Counted from the stretch's first letter, positions 28,948 to 38,757 are shown. The stretch is DNA of 64,000 nt from an uncultured Planctomycetales bacterium (GCA_937927735.1 CALBRZ010000083.1:544-64543), one strand, 5' to 3'. Numbers and translations are program-made. The notes: generated by a model from the sequence alone, not told the origin.

Positions 28948-29721
28948 CTAACTGACCACGACGGGGGCCGGGTTGTTGGAAACCAAAGTCCCGACCTTCT
29001 CGCCGCGCACGGCCCCCTGGATGTTTCCTGGCTTGTTGAAGTTGAAAACCATGATCGGCACGTCGTGCTCGCGGCACTGCGCAATGGCCGTGGGGTCCAT
29101 GACCTTCAAGTTCTGTTCCAGAACCTGCTGATACGACAGCTCGCTGAACAGCACGGCGTGCGGGTTCTTTTCCGGATCGTCGCTGTACACTCCGTCCACC
29201 CGGGTCGCCTTGAGCACGATCTCCGCCTCCAGCTCCAGCGCCCGCAGCGTGGCCGCGGTGTCGGTGGTGACAAACGGGCTGCCGGTGCCGGCGGCCAGAA
29301 TGATGATCCTGCCTTTCTGCAGGTGACGCTGGGCCCGGCGGCGGATGTACGGCTCGGCCACGCCGTCCATGCGGATGGCGGTCATCAGCCGCGTCTGGCA
29401 GTCGAGCGACTCCAGCGCGTCTTGCAGCGCCAGGCCGTTCATGACGGTGGCCAGCATGCCCATGTAGTGCGCGGTGGCCTCGTGGATGCCCGTGCTGCCG
29501 GAGGTGAACTGGGCCCCGCGGAGGATGTTGCCGCCGCCGATGACGATGGCGATTTCGACCCCCAGTTGCGCGGCCTCCTTGGTCTCGCGGGCGATGTGCA
29601 GCACCTGGTCCATGCTGATGCCGCGTTCGCCGGGGTGGGTGAAACTCTCGCCGGAGATCTTGAGGATCACCCGCCGGTATTTGAGAGGACTGCCAGACTG
29701 CTCGGACTGCGAAGTTGCCAT
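28948..29721 (-). CDS. pyrH: UMP kinase
   Basis: Start re-called at [29 protein letters not shown] and [12 protein letters not shown]-like motifs. Confidence 0.93.
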   Translation of the reverse strand: MATSQSEQSGSPLKYRRVILKISGESFTHPGERGISMDQVLHIARETKEAAQLGVEIAIVIGGGNILRGAQFTSGSTGIHEATAHYMGMLATVMNGLALQDALESLDCQTRLMTAIRMDGVAEPYIRRRAQRHLQKGRIIILAAGTGSPFVTTDTAATLRALELEAEIVLKATRVDGVYSDDPEKNPHAVLFSELSYQQVLEQNLKVMDPTAIAQCREHDVPIMVFNFNKPGNIQGAVRGEKVGTLVSNNPAPVVVS

Positions 29722-29850
29722 ATTGCCTTCGTTGGCGTTGTTAGGATGCGCGGCGATCCGCTGTGGCTGCCACGCCCGACCGACACAAAACGGGGGCGCC
29801 AATCCGGCCGCGCGGACCGGTTTGGCACCCCCAGAGTTTTACCTTACTTT

Positions 29851-30684
29851 TCAGGCGTTGCCACCCAGGGTCCAGTGGATGAACCGCTTGATGGTCATGC
29901 CGTTCTGCTGGGCCATCTTGCCCACGGTCACCGAGTTGTCCTTCACGAACGGCTGTTCGTTCAGCACCCGCTCGGCGTAGAAGTTCCGCAGGCGGCCTTC
30001 GACCATCTTCTCGATGATGTTCTCGGGCTTGCCTTCCTTGCGGCTGGCGGCCGACAGAATCTCGCGTTCCTTGGCGACCACCTCGGGATCGAGGTCTTCG
30101 ATCCGGACCACGTCGGGCCGCATGGCCACGATCTGCATGCCGACTTCCTTGGCCAGCTCGTCATTGCCGCCTTCGACCACCACCAGCACGGCCGAGCGGC
30201 CGTCGTGGTGCGCGTACCCGCCGCAGGGCTCGTCCACCCGCACGATCCGTGCCAGGCGGAACACCTCGCGGATCTGGTTGGTCAGCTCGGTCAACTGATC
30301 CTTCAACGTCTGGCCGGGCCGGCTGGGCGAGGGCTGGGCCAGCAGTTCCTCGGGGGTGGCGGCGCCGGGGCCCTTGGCCAGTTGCTTGACCAGGTCCGCG
30401 GTCAGCTGGCGGAACGACTCGTTCTTGGTGACCGGGTCGCTCTCGCACTGCAACTCGATCATCGCGCCAACGCCTTCGGACACGCTGGCGTAGACCTCGA
30501 TGCGGCCCGACGAGGTTTCGCGATCGCCGCGGCTCTCGCTGAACTTCTCGCCTTCTTTGCGGAGCAGCTCGATCGCCGCTTCCTCGTCGCCGCCGGTCTG
30601 CTCCAAGGCAGCCTTACACTTCATCATGGGGAGCTTGGTACGGTCCCGGAGGGACTTCACTGCCGCAGCGCTGATCTCAGCCAT
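29851..30684 (-). CDS. tsf: translation elongation factor Ts
   Basis: MAEISAAAVKSLRDRTKLPMMKCKAALEQTGGDEEAAIELLRKEG (UBA-like EF-Ts N-terminus). 277 aa. Confidence 0.95.
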   Translation of the reverse strand: MAEISAAAVKSLRDRTKLPMMKCKAALEQTGGDEEAAIELLRKEGEKFSESRGDRETSSGRIEVYASVSEGVGAMIELQCESDPVTKNESFRQLTADLVKQLAKGPGAATPEELLAQPSPSRPGQTLKDQLTELTNQIREVFRLARIVRVDEPCGGYAHHDGRSAVLVVVEGGNDELAKEVGMQIVAMRPDVVRIEDLDPEVVAKEREILSAASRKEGKPENIIEKMVEGRLRNFYAERVLNEQPFVKDNSVTVGKMAQQNGMTIKRFIHWTLGGNA

Positions 30685-31296
30685 TCGTTGCTGCTCCGTT
30701 CACTTGAGTCTGTATGGATTGTGTGATTGTACGTCGGGTGGAATTGGGATGGGCTCGCCGGGCCCGGTTCTGACAGTCCGCCTCGGTGGCCTACAACCGT
30801 CTGTGTGGCAAGCCGTGTGCCTTGCGGAGCCTGCTGGCCACCATAAAAACCGCTGGCACGGCATCCGCCGCAGGCCCGCTCGGCTTTTCATGGCCGGTCA
30901 ACGTGCGCCGCGACCGGTGGCCGTTGCACGACCACTTGGCCAACAGCACCCGGCTGCCGCGACAACCTGACCGCTCAACGAGCCGAGCCTGGTGCCATAA
31001 GCCACCCCGGGGCCGCCTGCGGTTGGCATAGGCCACGCCCCGCGAGCCGATCGCGCAGGGCCTATCTTAGCAGGCCCATTCTAACGGTATGCGGCGAAAA
31101 CGACACCCACCCCCGGAGAACCATGGGGCGGTTCCCCTAAGGCGTGATGCCGCGTCCGCTCATCATGGGCGGACGCGGCTGCGCCGAACTGCTTTCGATG
31201 CGGTGCTCCGCAAGTACGCGTCTTGGTGGTGCAACGTGGCCGGGGGGCGAGTGCCGCCGGCGGCGTCGCGGCCTGGAGCACGGGTGCCAGGCGGGC

Positions 31297-32016
31297 TTAG
31301 TTGCCGGCCATCGCCTGGAGTTCGCCTTCGCGGGCAGAGTTCTTGCCTTCGATCACGGCGTCGGCCAACGACTTCACAATCAGCTCGATTGAGCGGATGC
31401 TGTCGTCGTTGCCGGGGATCAGCAGATCCACTTCATCCGGATCGCAGTCGGTGTCGATCAGGGCGACCGTGGCGATGCCCATCTTGCGCGCTTCGCGGAC
31501 GGCGTTGCGCTCCTTCTTGGGATCAATCACCACCAACACTTCCGGCAGCCGGTTCATGGTGCGGATGCCGTTGAGGTTGCGGTACATCTTGCGGTACTCG
31601 CGATTGAGCGCCGACTGCATCTTCTTGGAGTACTCGCTCAACCGGTCGCTGTTGCGGATGTCTTCCAGCTCTTCGAGCCGGGCCAGCCGGCTGCGGATCG
31701 TGCGGAAGTTGGTCAAGCAGCCACCCAGCCAGCGGTCGCTCACGTAGGGCATGCCGCAGCGCTGAGCTTCGCGCTCGATCGCCTCGGCGGCTTGGCGCTT
31801 GGTACCGACAAACAGAATCAGGCTGCCGTTGGCGGCCACCTGCGAAAGATACTTGCGTGCCCGCAGCAGGCCCTTGACCGTCTCGCGCAGGTCGATGATG
31901 TGGATCAGATTCTTCTTGGCATAGATATACGGCCGCATCTTGGGATTCCAGCGGCTCGATCGATGCCCGAAGTGTACGCCTGCCTCAATGAGTTCCTTAA
32001 CCAGAACTGGTGCCAC
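31297..32016 (-). CDS. rpsB: 30S ribosomal protein S2
   Basis: [33 protein letters not shown] and VIDTDCDP-like S2 motifs. GTG start. Confidence 0.95.
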   Translation of the reverse strand: MAPVLVKELIEAGVHFGHRSSRWNPKMRPYIYAKKNLIHIIDLRETVKGLLRARKYLSQVAANGSLILFVGTKRQAAEAIEREAQRCGMPYVSDRWLGGCLTNFRTIRSRLARLEELEDIRNSDRLSEYSKKMQSALNREYRKMYRNLNGIRTMNRLPEVLVVIDPKKERNAVREARKMGIATVALIDTDCDPDEVDLLIPGNDDSIRSIELIVKSLADAVIEGKNSAREGELQAMAGN

Positions 32017-32484
32017 GCGCTACATTCCTTCAACTACAAAGGCACACCGGCTATGTCCAACAGGCAAACGACCGCCTGCCGGCGTCCGGCGTTCAAATAG
32101 TACCACCGGCCTGAACCACACCGCCCGCACGGCGATCACCACACAGTTTGGAAGGTTGGCCCGGACAGAACCCGGGGCGCAATGCGGACGAGCTTTCGCT
32201 GGGCCGATCAGCGAAAGAGTAGAAATGCTATCAGGTATAGGAGTTACCGTCAATCGGTGTATGGCGGCGGGCGACTGTAGCCCGGAGCCCACCGCTCGGA
32301 AAATTGGCGCTAACCGCTGCGACGTGATCCCCCACACGGCGTGAGGCGGGTCGCCCCTCGTCACGGCCAGAAACATCCATTGCCGTTAATGGATTCGGCA
32401 CGCCCAGCTTGGGCCCGCCGCGACACTGGGGGCGGGGGCAAACGGCTGGGCGGCCGTCCCAGGAAGGGAGGAGCCAGCGGGCGT

Positions 32485-33561
32485 CTAGTTGATCGAAGGC
32501 CGCGGGCCGGCGTCGTCCGTCGGCATGAAGAAGTCCTGGAAGTCGGTCACCGTTTCGGCGGTGCCTTCCATGTCGAATTCGTCGGAGATCAGGTTGCCGA
32601 TGTAGCCCTGCATCAGCCGTCGCCCCTCCTCGGTGGCGTGGTGGGTGGCCACCTCGCTGGCGAAGTTGATCAGGTCGTATACGCGGGCCCGGCTGGGCAG
32701 CACCCGCTGCCGCTTGACGCTCAGCGCGTCGAGATTGGCCAGGCCATAGATCTCGTGCAGGTTGCCGGTCACCCGGTTCAGGTCGCGCAACACCTGTTCG
32801 TGGGCGATACCGCCCCGGCTGTGGGCTTTGGTCAGCGCCTTGTACAGCTCATGGCATTCGTTCACCGATGCCCACGACTGCTGGGCACTAGTGAACCGTT
32901 GCCGCAGGGCCGCATAGCCGTCGCCATTGTCGAAGCTCTCCAGTGCCCGGCTAAGGCTGTGCGTTACATCCTTGCCCAGGCTGATGTCGCTGCGGAACGC
33001 CCGGCTGTAGCCGATAGCGCCGTTGGAACAAATGGTTCGCAGAAACGACAGATAAATCTTGGGCTGGCTGAACCCGTCGATCGGCGTTTCCATCACGAAG
33101 CGGTGCTGGAACGCGTCGCCCGCGATGGTGATCGTCTTGTCACCGGTTCGCGGCACATGGGTGCTGCTCACCACGCCGTCGTGGTAGCCGATGTCGGTGC
33201 CGCCGTAGCGGCTGGCCAGGTCATGGATCTCGCCGTAATTGATGATGGGCCGGTTGGGATTGCTCACGGCCAGCAGCCTCGCGCCGCGGCTGCCGCTCTG
33301 CTCGATGCAGTAACGCACCAGGTCATCCTGGGCCACGTGCGAAATCCGCTCGAACACCTCCAGGGGATCGAAGTACCGGAACACCGTGTCGGAAATGCCA
33401 AACCGCATGAAGAACGACGTCCAGAACCGCTGGGTGGGTGCCACCAGGTGACCGTCGACTTCCATCAGGCGAATGTGCAGCCGGCCGTTGGACGAACGCT
33501 GCTGGTGGATCACTCGAAACTGCTGCACGCGGGCGTAGCCGGTTTGAAACGTGTACTGCAT
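32485..33561 (-). CDS. DUF932-like protein (phage/plasmid-associated family), function unknown
   Basis: Start re-called at MQYTFQTGYARV (ATG at 33561); the listed upstream part of the ORF is Arg/Pro-rich shadow. The core METPIDGFSQPKIYLSFLRTICSNGAIG resembles the DUF932 xSxDGS...RxVCxNG pattern by eye. Confidence 0.65.
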   Translation of the reverse strand: MQYTFQTGYARVQQFRVIHQQRSSNGRLHIRLMEVDGHLVAPTQRFWTSFFMRFGISDTVFRYFDPLEVFERISHVAQDDLVRYCIEQSGSRGARLLAVSNPNRPIINYGEIHDLASRYGGTDIGYHDGVVSSTHVPRTGDKTITIAGDAFQHRFVMETPIDGFSQPKIYLSFLRTICSNGAIGYSRAFRSDISLGKDVTHSLSRALESFDNGDGYAALRQRFTSAQQSWASVNECHELYKALTKAHSRGGIAHEQVLRDLNRVTGNLHEIYGLANLDALSVKRQRVLPSRARVYDLINFASEVATHHATEEGRRLMQGYIGNLISDEFDMEGTAETVTDFQDFFMPTDDAGPRPSIN

Positions 33562-33626
33562 GGCTGAGTCTTCAGGCTTGGGGGAGCGGGAGTTTCTTGG
33601 GGCGACCGGGGCGGTGACGCGCGGCG

Positions 33627-34826
33627 TCAGTCCCAGTCGCGCTGCTGGGTCCAAAAGTCGCGGGTGCGGTGCTGGGCGACGAGCTGCGGAAGTTCGGCCT
33701 GGCTGCGGGCGATGGCCGCGCGGCTGCGCTGGGTAATCGCCGCGATCCGCTGGTTCACCCGGAGGGTACGCCAGGTGCCGTCGAGCCAGATGTACTGCTC
33801 GTCGGCCATCGCCGTCTTGAGGAACGGGTGCCGCGTCTGCTTGCACTGCACGATCTGCTTGAACGGGATCCGGGGATGCTTGCGAAATACGCGGCCGCCC
33901 ATCTGAATGGTGCAACCCTTGCCCGACGGGCGGCAGAACACGGTCTTGAGCGTGGGGCAGTCGAAGCCTTCGGTGAGGATCGCCATGTTCAACAGCACGT
34001 CGATCCGGCCCTCGGCGAAGTCGTCCAGCTGCCGCTGCCGGTCGGTTTGGGCGGTGACCACCTCGGCCCGGATGCCGGCGGCCGTAAGGAGTTCGTGGCA
34101 CTGCTGACACTGCTGGAGCCGGTGGAAGAAGATCAGGGTTTTCCCCCACCGCTGCGGCTCGCGAAGGAAGTGCTCGGCCACGCTCTCGGGCGTGTAACGC
34201 TCAATGGTGTAATGGTGGTACCGGCTGAGGTAGCCATCTTGAATGAGCTGATGGATGCCCGCGTCTTTAATTACCTGGTCGAAGCACAGCTTGATCCGAT
34301 CGGTGCGAAACGGCGTGGCGGTCAGCCCTAGCACGTGCCGTGGCCGGATCACGCTGTGCAGGTTGGCCATGCTCATGGCGGCGTCGTGCTGGGCTTCGTC
34401 GACGACCAGCATGTCGACGGCGGGTGGGTTCTTGTCGAACATGGAGATGAACTCCAGGTCGACGTTGAAACCGCGGGCCTGGTTTTCGGCCTCGGCCTGG
34501 GCCAGCAGGTTCCGCCGCATGGACACCCAGCCGATGCGGTAGCCGTGCTTTTGCTGCATCTGCCGGGCGATGGCCAGGCCCATCACCGTCTTGCCGCTGC
34601 CGGTGGGGCTCTCGACCATGACCGAATGGGCGGCGGGTTCCAGGTCGCCGGCCCGATTGCGGTACTGGCCGTGGAACATCTCCAGGGCCTGATGGATAAT
34701 CCGCAATTGATACGGCCGAGCTTCCACGGCGGCATCGGCCAGCAGCGGGCGGCCTTCCCAATGGCTGGGAGGTTCCGGGACAGCTTGGGCCGCGGGGGCG
34801 TGGTTGACTGCCGGCGTGAGCGTCAT
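33627..34826 (-). CDS. superfamily 2 (DEAD/DEAH, ResIII-like) helicase
   Basis: Start re-called at MTLTPAVNH. Motifs: RPYQ (Q-like), I SPTGSGKT, II VVDEAQH, III LTATP, V LTEGFDCP, VI QMGGRVFR. 399 aa, with no accessory domain visible. Confidence 0.85.
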   Translation of the reverse strand: MTLTPAVNHAPAAQAVPEPPSHWEGRPLLADAAVEARPYQLRIIHQALEMFHGQYRNRAGDLEPAAHSVMVESPTGSGKTVMGLAIARQMQQKHGYRIGWVSMRRNLLAQAEAENQARGFNVDLEFISMFDKNPPAVDMLVVDEAQHDAAMSMANLHSVIRPRHVLGLTATPFRTDRIKLCFDQVIKDAGIHQLIQDGYLSRYHHYTIERYTPESVAEHFLREPQRWGKTLIFFHRLQQCQQCHELLTAAGIRAEVVTAQTDRQRQLDDFAEGRIDVLLNMAILTEGFDCPTLKTVFCRPSGKGCTIQMGGRVFRKHPRIPFKQIVQCKQTRHPFLKTAMADEQYIWLDGTWRTLRVNQRIAAITQRSRAAIARSQAELPQLVAQHRTRDFWTQQRDWD

Positions 34827-35002
34827 GGCAGGCGCACTCCATCCGTGCGGGGAGCGGCAGGCTGGCATTCCGCCTGCCGGGATGCGGCTGCAAGAACGAC
34901 GCTTGAGCGCGGGACGTTTTGCGGCCGACTCGGAATAATCTTTAAAGGGAGGGCGCCGGACCGGCTTGGTGGCCAGGGGCCGGCGCGGTCGCTTTGGGCA
35001 GA

Positions 35003-35027
35003 CTGAACAGCCTGTTCTGGTGTTCAG
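35003..35027. promoter_or_regulatory. nested inverted repeat in a divergent promoter region (candidate operator)
   Basis: CTGAACAGCCTGTTCTGGTGTTCAG. The outer arms are CTGAACA/TGTTCAG and the inner palindrome is GAACAG-c-CTGTTC. It lies between the helicase start (34826, minus) and the membrane-protein start (35179, plus). Confidence 0.3.
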
Positions 35028-35178
35028 TATTGGTGCATTGTTCGCATTTGCCGTTTCCGGGCAAGAGCAGTTGCCGTCCTCGGGGGGCAAAAGAGGCGGT
35101 TGCGGTGACGCGGCGGGGGGAACGAGAAGCCGCCCCGGATATGTGGACGCCGCTTGCGCGCTGATCTACGATGCGGCT

Positions 35179-35853
35179 ATGAATGGCGACGTGAATCTAT
35201 CCTTCGATACGGCTCACCTGGTCGTGGCACTGGTGCCGCTGGCAATCTATTTTTTGTTGCTGGCCGTGATTAACCTGATGCCGCGACCGCTGATGATTTC
35301 CGGCACGCGCGACTTGGCCGCGCTGGCGGTGGGCATTTCGGGCCTGGTGATGATGGGGCCCGTGCAGCTTTTCACGCCCCCGCCGATGCTGGCCCAGATG
35401 GGCCCCTATTACTGGTTGCTGCTGGTCTTGCTGTACGGCTCTGCGGTTTCGCTCTGGATCTTGTTCCTGCGGCCGCGCGTGGTGGTCTACAACATTGCCC
35501 CCGAGCAATTCCGGGGCATCGTCTCCACCATCGCCGTGCGCCAGGACCCGTCTGCCCGCTGGGCCGGCAATGCGCTGGAGATGCCGCAAGCCCGGCTGCT
35601 GCTCAAGCTTGAGCCGTTCCCGGCATTCCGCAACGTGTCGCTGGCGATCGACAGCGATCAGTTTGACTTCAGTGCCTGGCAGCGGCTGGTGGGCGAACTT
35701 TCGGTCGCGCTAGCCGAGATGCGTGTCCCCCGTAATCCGCGCGGCGTAACCTTCGGCATGATCGGGACGATCATCATGGGGGTGTTGATCCACCGCTGCT
35801 CGCAGCAAGGGCAGGCTCTGACCGAGAGTTTCATTCGTTTGCTGGGACTTTAA
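35179..35853 (+). CDS. hypothetical integral membrane protein
   Basis: Start re-called at MNGDVNLSFD. At least three TM helices (VVALVPLAIYFLLLAVINL, LAALAVGISGLVMMGPV, YYWLLLVLLYGSAVSLWILFL). No family recognised. Confidence 0.6.
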   Translation: MNGDVNLSFDTAHLVVALVPLAIYFLLLAVINLMPRPLMISGTRDLAALAVGISGLVMMGPVQLFTPPPMLAQMGPYYWLLLVLLYGSAVSLWILFLRPRVVVYNIAPEQFRGIVSTIAVRQDPSARWAGNALEMPQARLLLKLEPFPAFRNVSLAIDSDQFDFSAWQRLVGELSVALAEMRVPRNPRGVTFGMIGTIIMGVLIHRCSQQGQALTESFIRLLGL

Positions 35854-35899
35854 GCCGCCGTTGCAGTACGAAGGGCCGTACTCCGTCGGCCACGCGCGC

Positions 35900-35943
35900 A
35901 AAAAAATGCCAGGCGAATCGGTTCGCCTGGCATTCTTGTTTTT
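35900..35943. terminator. bidirectional rho-independent terminator
   Basis: Perfect 12-bp stem ATGCCAGGCGAA/TTCGCCTGGCAT with a TCGG loop. Flanked by AAAAAAA upstream and TCTTGTTTTT downstream, between convergent genes. Confidence 0.85.
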
Positions 35944-35985
35944 GAAAGTAGTCGTTGTCGCCGCCAGCGTGATCGGGGGAATGAG

Positions 35986-36939
35986 CTAGCGAGCGATGTA
36001 CAGCGTCGGGTCGTCGATGATCCACGGCGTGGACCAGGTGCGGCCGTCGTCCGGGCTGCAGACGTTGAAGAAGAACGTCTCGAACGTCTCACACTTGGCG
36101 CCGTAGCAATACATCGAGGCCAGGTGATCTTCAGGCCGCAGGTCTTCCACGCCGGGGCGAGCATAGTAGTGCACCATACCATCGGGCGTGAACGACATGC
36201 CCAGCGTCCACCAGCCGCTGCCGGGAATATCCGGTCCGCGGAAGTCCTGGCCACGCTGGTTGGCACGCAGGATGAAGTACGCCGAGTCTTCCTTGTGCCG
36301 GCCGTCGTGCTTGCTGTTGAAGTGGATGAAGAAGCCGGGCCAGTACGGTTCGACATCGGTGGTCGTCTTCGTCACGCCGAAGAAGCCCACGATGCCGCCG
36401 GCCGTTTCGGTCTTGGTGCGAGGGCCGGAGCAGCCGGCGCGCACGCCGAACGTGATACCGGTGCGCTTCTCAAAGTCTTCAAAAGGGGGCACGAACACCC
36501 GCACCACAAAGCTCGGCATCCGCGATACAGGGATGGGGCGGCCGATCACCGCCAGCAGGTCATCCTGTTGTAGCTTGTTGCTTCGCGTGCCTGGCACGCC
36601 CGTATCGCGCGACATAATCAGCAGTGAGCCTTTGCTGCCGGGGAGCCCGCCGACGGGCGTTTCCACCCGGCGCACGTGGTCCGGGGTGCCGCGGAGGGCG
36701 CTCTCCGCCCAGCGGCGGTTGGTGGAGTAGGCACCAGGCAGGCGCTTTTCCTCGTCGATCTCCTCGCTGGCCTTGGGCAGGTTGTACACGTACGACCAGT
36801 TAGGGTCTTCAAAATCGTCGCCGGCGTTCTCGACCTTCTTGCCGGTACCCGGCACCAGTTGGGCCTGGGCGACCGTGGGAATCATCATTAGCACCGCGGC
36901 GAGTACCAGCGGCCAAGGCAACAAGCGGTAAATGCGCAT
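35986..36939 (-). CDS. secreted hypothetical protein
   Basis: Start re-called at MRIYRLLPWPLVLAAVLMMIPTVAQAQ (signal peptide), with GGGAGG upstream. 317 aa. No motif recognised. Confidence 0.7.
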   Translation of the reverse strand: MRIYRLLPWPLVLAAVLMMIPTVAQAQLVPGTGKKVENAGDDFEDPNWSYVYNLPKASEEIDEEKRLPGAYSTNRRWAESALRGTPDHVRRVETPVGGLPGSKGSLLIMSRDTGVPGTRSNKLQQDDLLAVIGRPIPVSRMPSFVVRVFVPPFEDFEKRTGITFGVRAGCSGPRTKTETAGGIVGFFGVTKTTTDVEPYWPGFFIHFNSKHDGRHKEDSAYFILRANQRGQDFRGPDIPGSGWWTLGMSFTPDGMVHYYARPGVEDLRPEDHLASMYCYGAKCETFETFFFNVCSPDDGRTWSTPWIIDDPTLYIAR

Positions 36940-37332
36940 GAACGAGCCTCCCTGCTCACGAGCGAGTGATCGTATTGTGTGGCAAATGTGCGGAACGCCT
37001 GTTTGCGGGCGTGCGCGGCACGGTCGACGGCGGCGCGGCGTGGTTATGCGAGGTGGGATCAGCATGTGCTGGTGGCAGTGCCAGGCCAGCACTTGAATGT
37101 TGTGACGCGCGCCACTACGGGTGGAGTTGCCCCTAGAACCAATATCGTCGGCACCATCGGTTCCAATCGGTCCGGCAAGGCAGCCAAGTCCATGAAATCG
37201 GGGGAGAAGAGCCGGACCCGAGCCCGGGGACTAAGCCGCCGCGACAGCGTGTCGTAGCACCTTCAGATGAGGGGCGGACGTAAACCGCCGGCTCAAATAC
37301 TGCACATGGCAATAGATGTAGGGCCCGGCCAC

Positions 37333-37539
37333 TCAATCGGCGTCGTCGGCGCCTTCGCAGTCGCGGCGATCGTTGGGATGCCAAAGCGGAAGTCCCCGCT
37401 GCAACCGTTCAGCCAACACCTGCAACTTGGCCTGCGTGCCCGGCAAGGCATCGGTGCCATCGAAGTCGGGTTCTTCCGTCCATTGAGGTTCGAAGTCCCA
37501 ATCGCCTTCTCGAATGGCATCCAGCACCGACTTTGGCAC
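37333..37539 (-). CDS. small acidic hypothetical protein (68 aa)
   Basis: GTG start at 37539 with GAAGGAG 7 nt upstream. Coding-like codon bias. Sequence: VPKSVLDAIREGDWDFEPQWTEEPDFDGTDALPG... Confidence 0.45.
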   Translation of the reverse strand: MPKSVLDAIREGDWDFEPQWTEEPDFDGTDALPGTQAKLQVLAERLQRGLPLWHPNDRRDCEGADDAD

Positions 37540-38046
37540 CTCTGGGCTCCTTCGTTGTTCAGGCAAATGCGAACGCAACCGGCGGCCCCCTGTTGGCCCC
37601 AACTGTAGCTACTTCAGAACCTTGCGATCAAAGCGTTGGCTTCGCCGCAGCGCCAAGTGGCCCGGTCCAAACAGACGCAACCCTAGCGCGGACAATACAG
37701 GCGGAGCGGGCGATTCGCCGTCTGCAGGCGGCAATATCAACGCTCAGAAGGTACTTGCCGGGAAGCCTGGTTAATCGAGACGTGATCCTTGGAGGCAAAG
37801 ACGCGGCTCCCCGCGCACCGTTCGAGCCATCGTTATGGCAAGCGGTATTAGTGCTGTCAAGAAAATGGATCACGCCGCATTCGCGGGGGCGGCGCGCAGT
37901 TCGCGGAACCGGCACGACCGGGCAAATGTCGCCCGTGGGCGCAAGTCGCGATACTTATGGTCGATCCAGGTGTATAATAGGCAAGGGCCGCCCCCGCTGG
38001 GACGGCCGCGCTGCCAAACGCATATTCCTATGCTGCGAGCTTGATT

Positions 38047-38757
38047 ATGGAATACCGGCTAATTCATCGCGCCCTGTGCGTCGTTTGCGGATGCCTGGTG
38101 GCGCTGGGCAGCAGCGAAGCCCTGGCCCAGTTCCAGTCGTCGAACCTCAGCAGCCAGGGCCGCACCAGTACCGGTACCTTTGGTAACCGCACCGTCGGTG
38201 CGGCCGGCGGCTTGTCGGCCCGGTCGGGCACGATGTTCGGCGGAGGTGGCGCCGGTGGCTCGGTGGCCGGAACCACGCAGCAGAATCAGCAGGTTGGCAT
38301 GATCGAAGGCAGCGAACGCTTCCTCCGTGCCAACCGCCAGGGCCAGTTCGTCGGTGCCGACACGGCCGATACGCGGCAGATTGGTTCGTTCGGCCAGGCG
38401 GTGAGCAACTTCATCCAGAGCCCGAACTTCCGCAACAATCGCGACGCCAACCAGCAGCTCACCACGCAGACGCGAACGCGGCCCCCTTATCGCACCACGC
38501 TGCGGGTTGGCTTCGATTACGTGGCTCCGGAGCCGAATGCGCTCTCGGCTCAACTTACGAACCAGTTGCGGCGCGCGAGGCTGGGCCCGTTACAAAGTTC
38601 CGTTGTGGTGGAGGTTCAAGGCCATACTGCCATTTTACGTGGTCAGGTAGCCACGGCCCATGCACGCGCTCTAGCGGAGCAATTGGTGCTCCTAGAACCC
38701 GGGATTGAGCAGGTCGATAACCAACTGGAGGTTGCTGAGCCTGCCCCGCAACAGTAG
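38047..38757 (+). CDS. secreted BON-domain protein
   Basis: Signal peptide MEYRLIHRALCVVCGCLVALGSSEALAQ, a Gly/Gln-rich middle region, and a C-terminal BON-like domain VVVEVQGHTAILRGQVATAHARALAEQLVLLEPGIEQVDNQLEV. Confidence 0.8.
   Translation: MEYRLIHRALCVVCGCLVALGSSEALAQFQSSNLSSQGRTSTGTFGNRTVGAAGGLSARSGTMFGGGGAGGSVAGTTQQNQQVGMIEGSERFLRANRQGQFVGADTADTRQIGSFGQAVSNFIQSPNFRNNRDANQQLTTQTRTRPPYRTTLRVGFDYVAPEPNALSAQLTNQLRRARLGPLQSSVVVEVQGHTAILRGQVATAHARALAEQLVLLEPGIEQVDNQLEVAEPAPQQ

Noticed and set aside
28747-30726. 659-codon plus-strand ORF across frr-pyrH-tsf
   Set aside because: It overlaps three unambiguous housekeeping genes on the opposite strand and has shadow-like composition.
35003-35027. 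Calling the GAACA/TGTTC repeat a LexA box
   Set aside because: The spacing does not match the CTGT-N8-ACAG or GAAC-N4-GTTC consensus. It is kept only as an operator-like inverted repeat.
37973-37978. TATAAT box about 70 nt upstream of the BON gene (and a similar TATAAT at about 61775-61780 upstream of the first cupredoxin)
   Set aside because: No acceptable -35 hexamer lies at 16-18 nt in either case. A single hexamer is expected by chance, and planctomycete promoter consensus sequences are not known to me.
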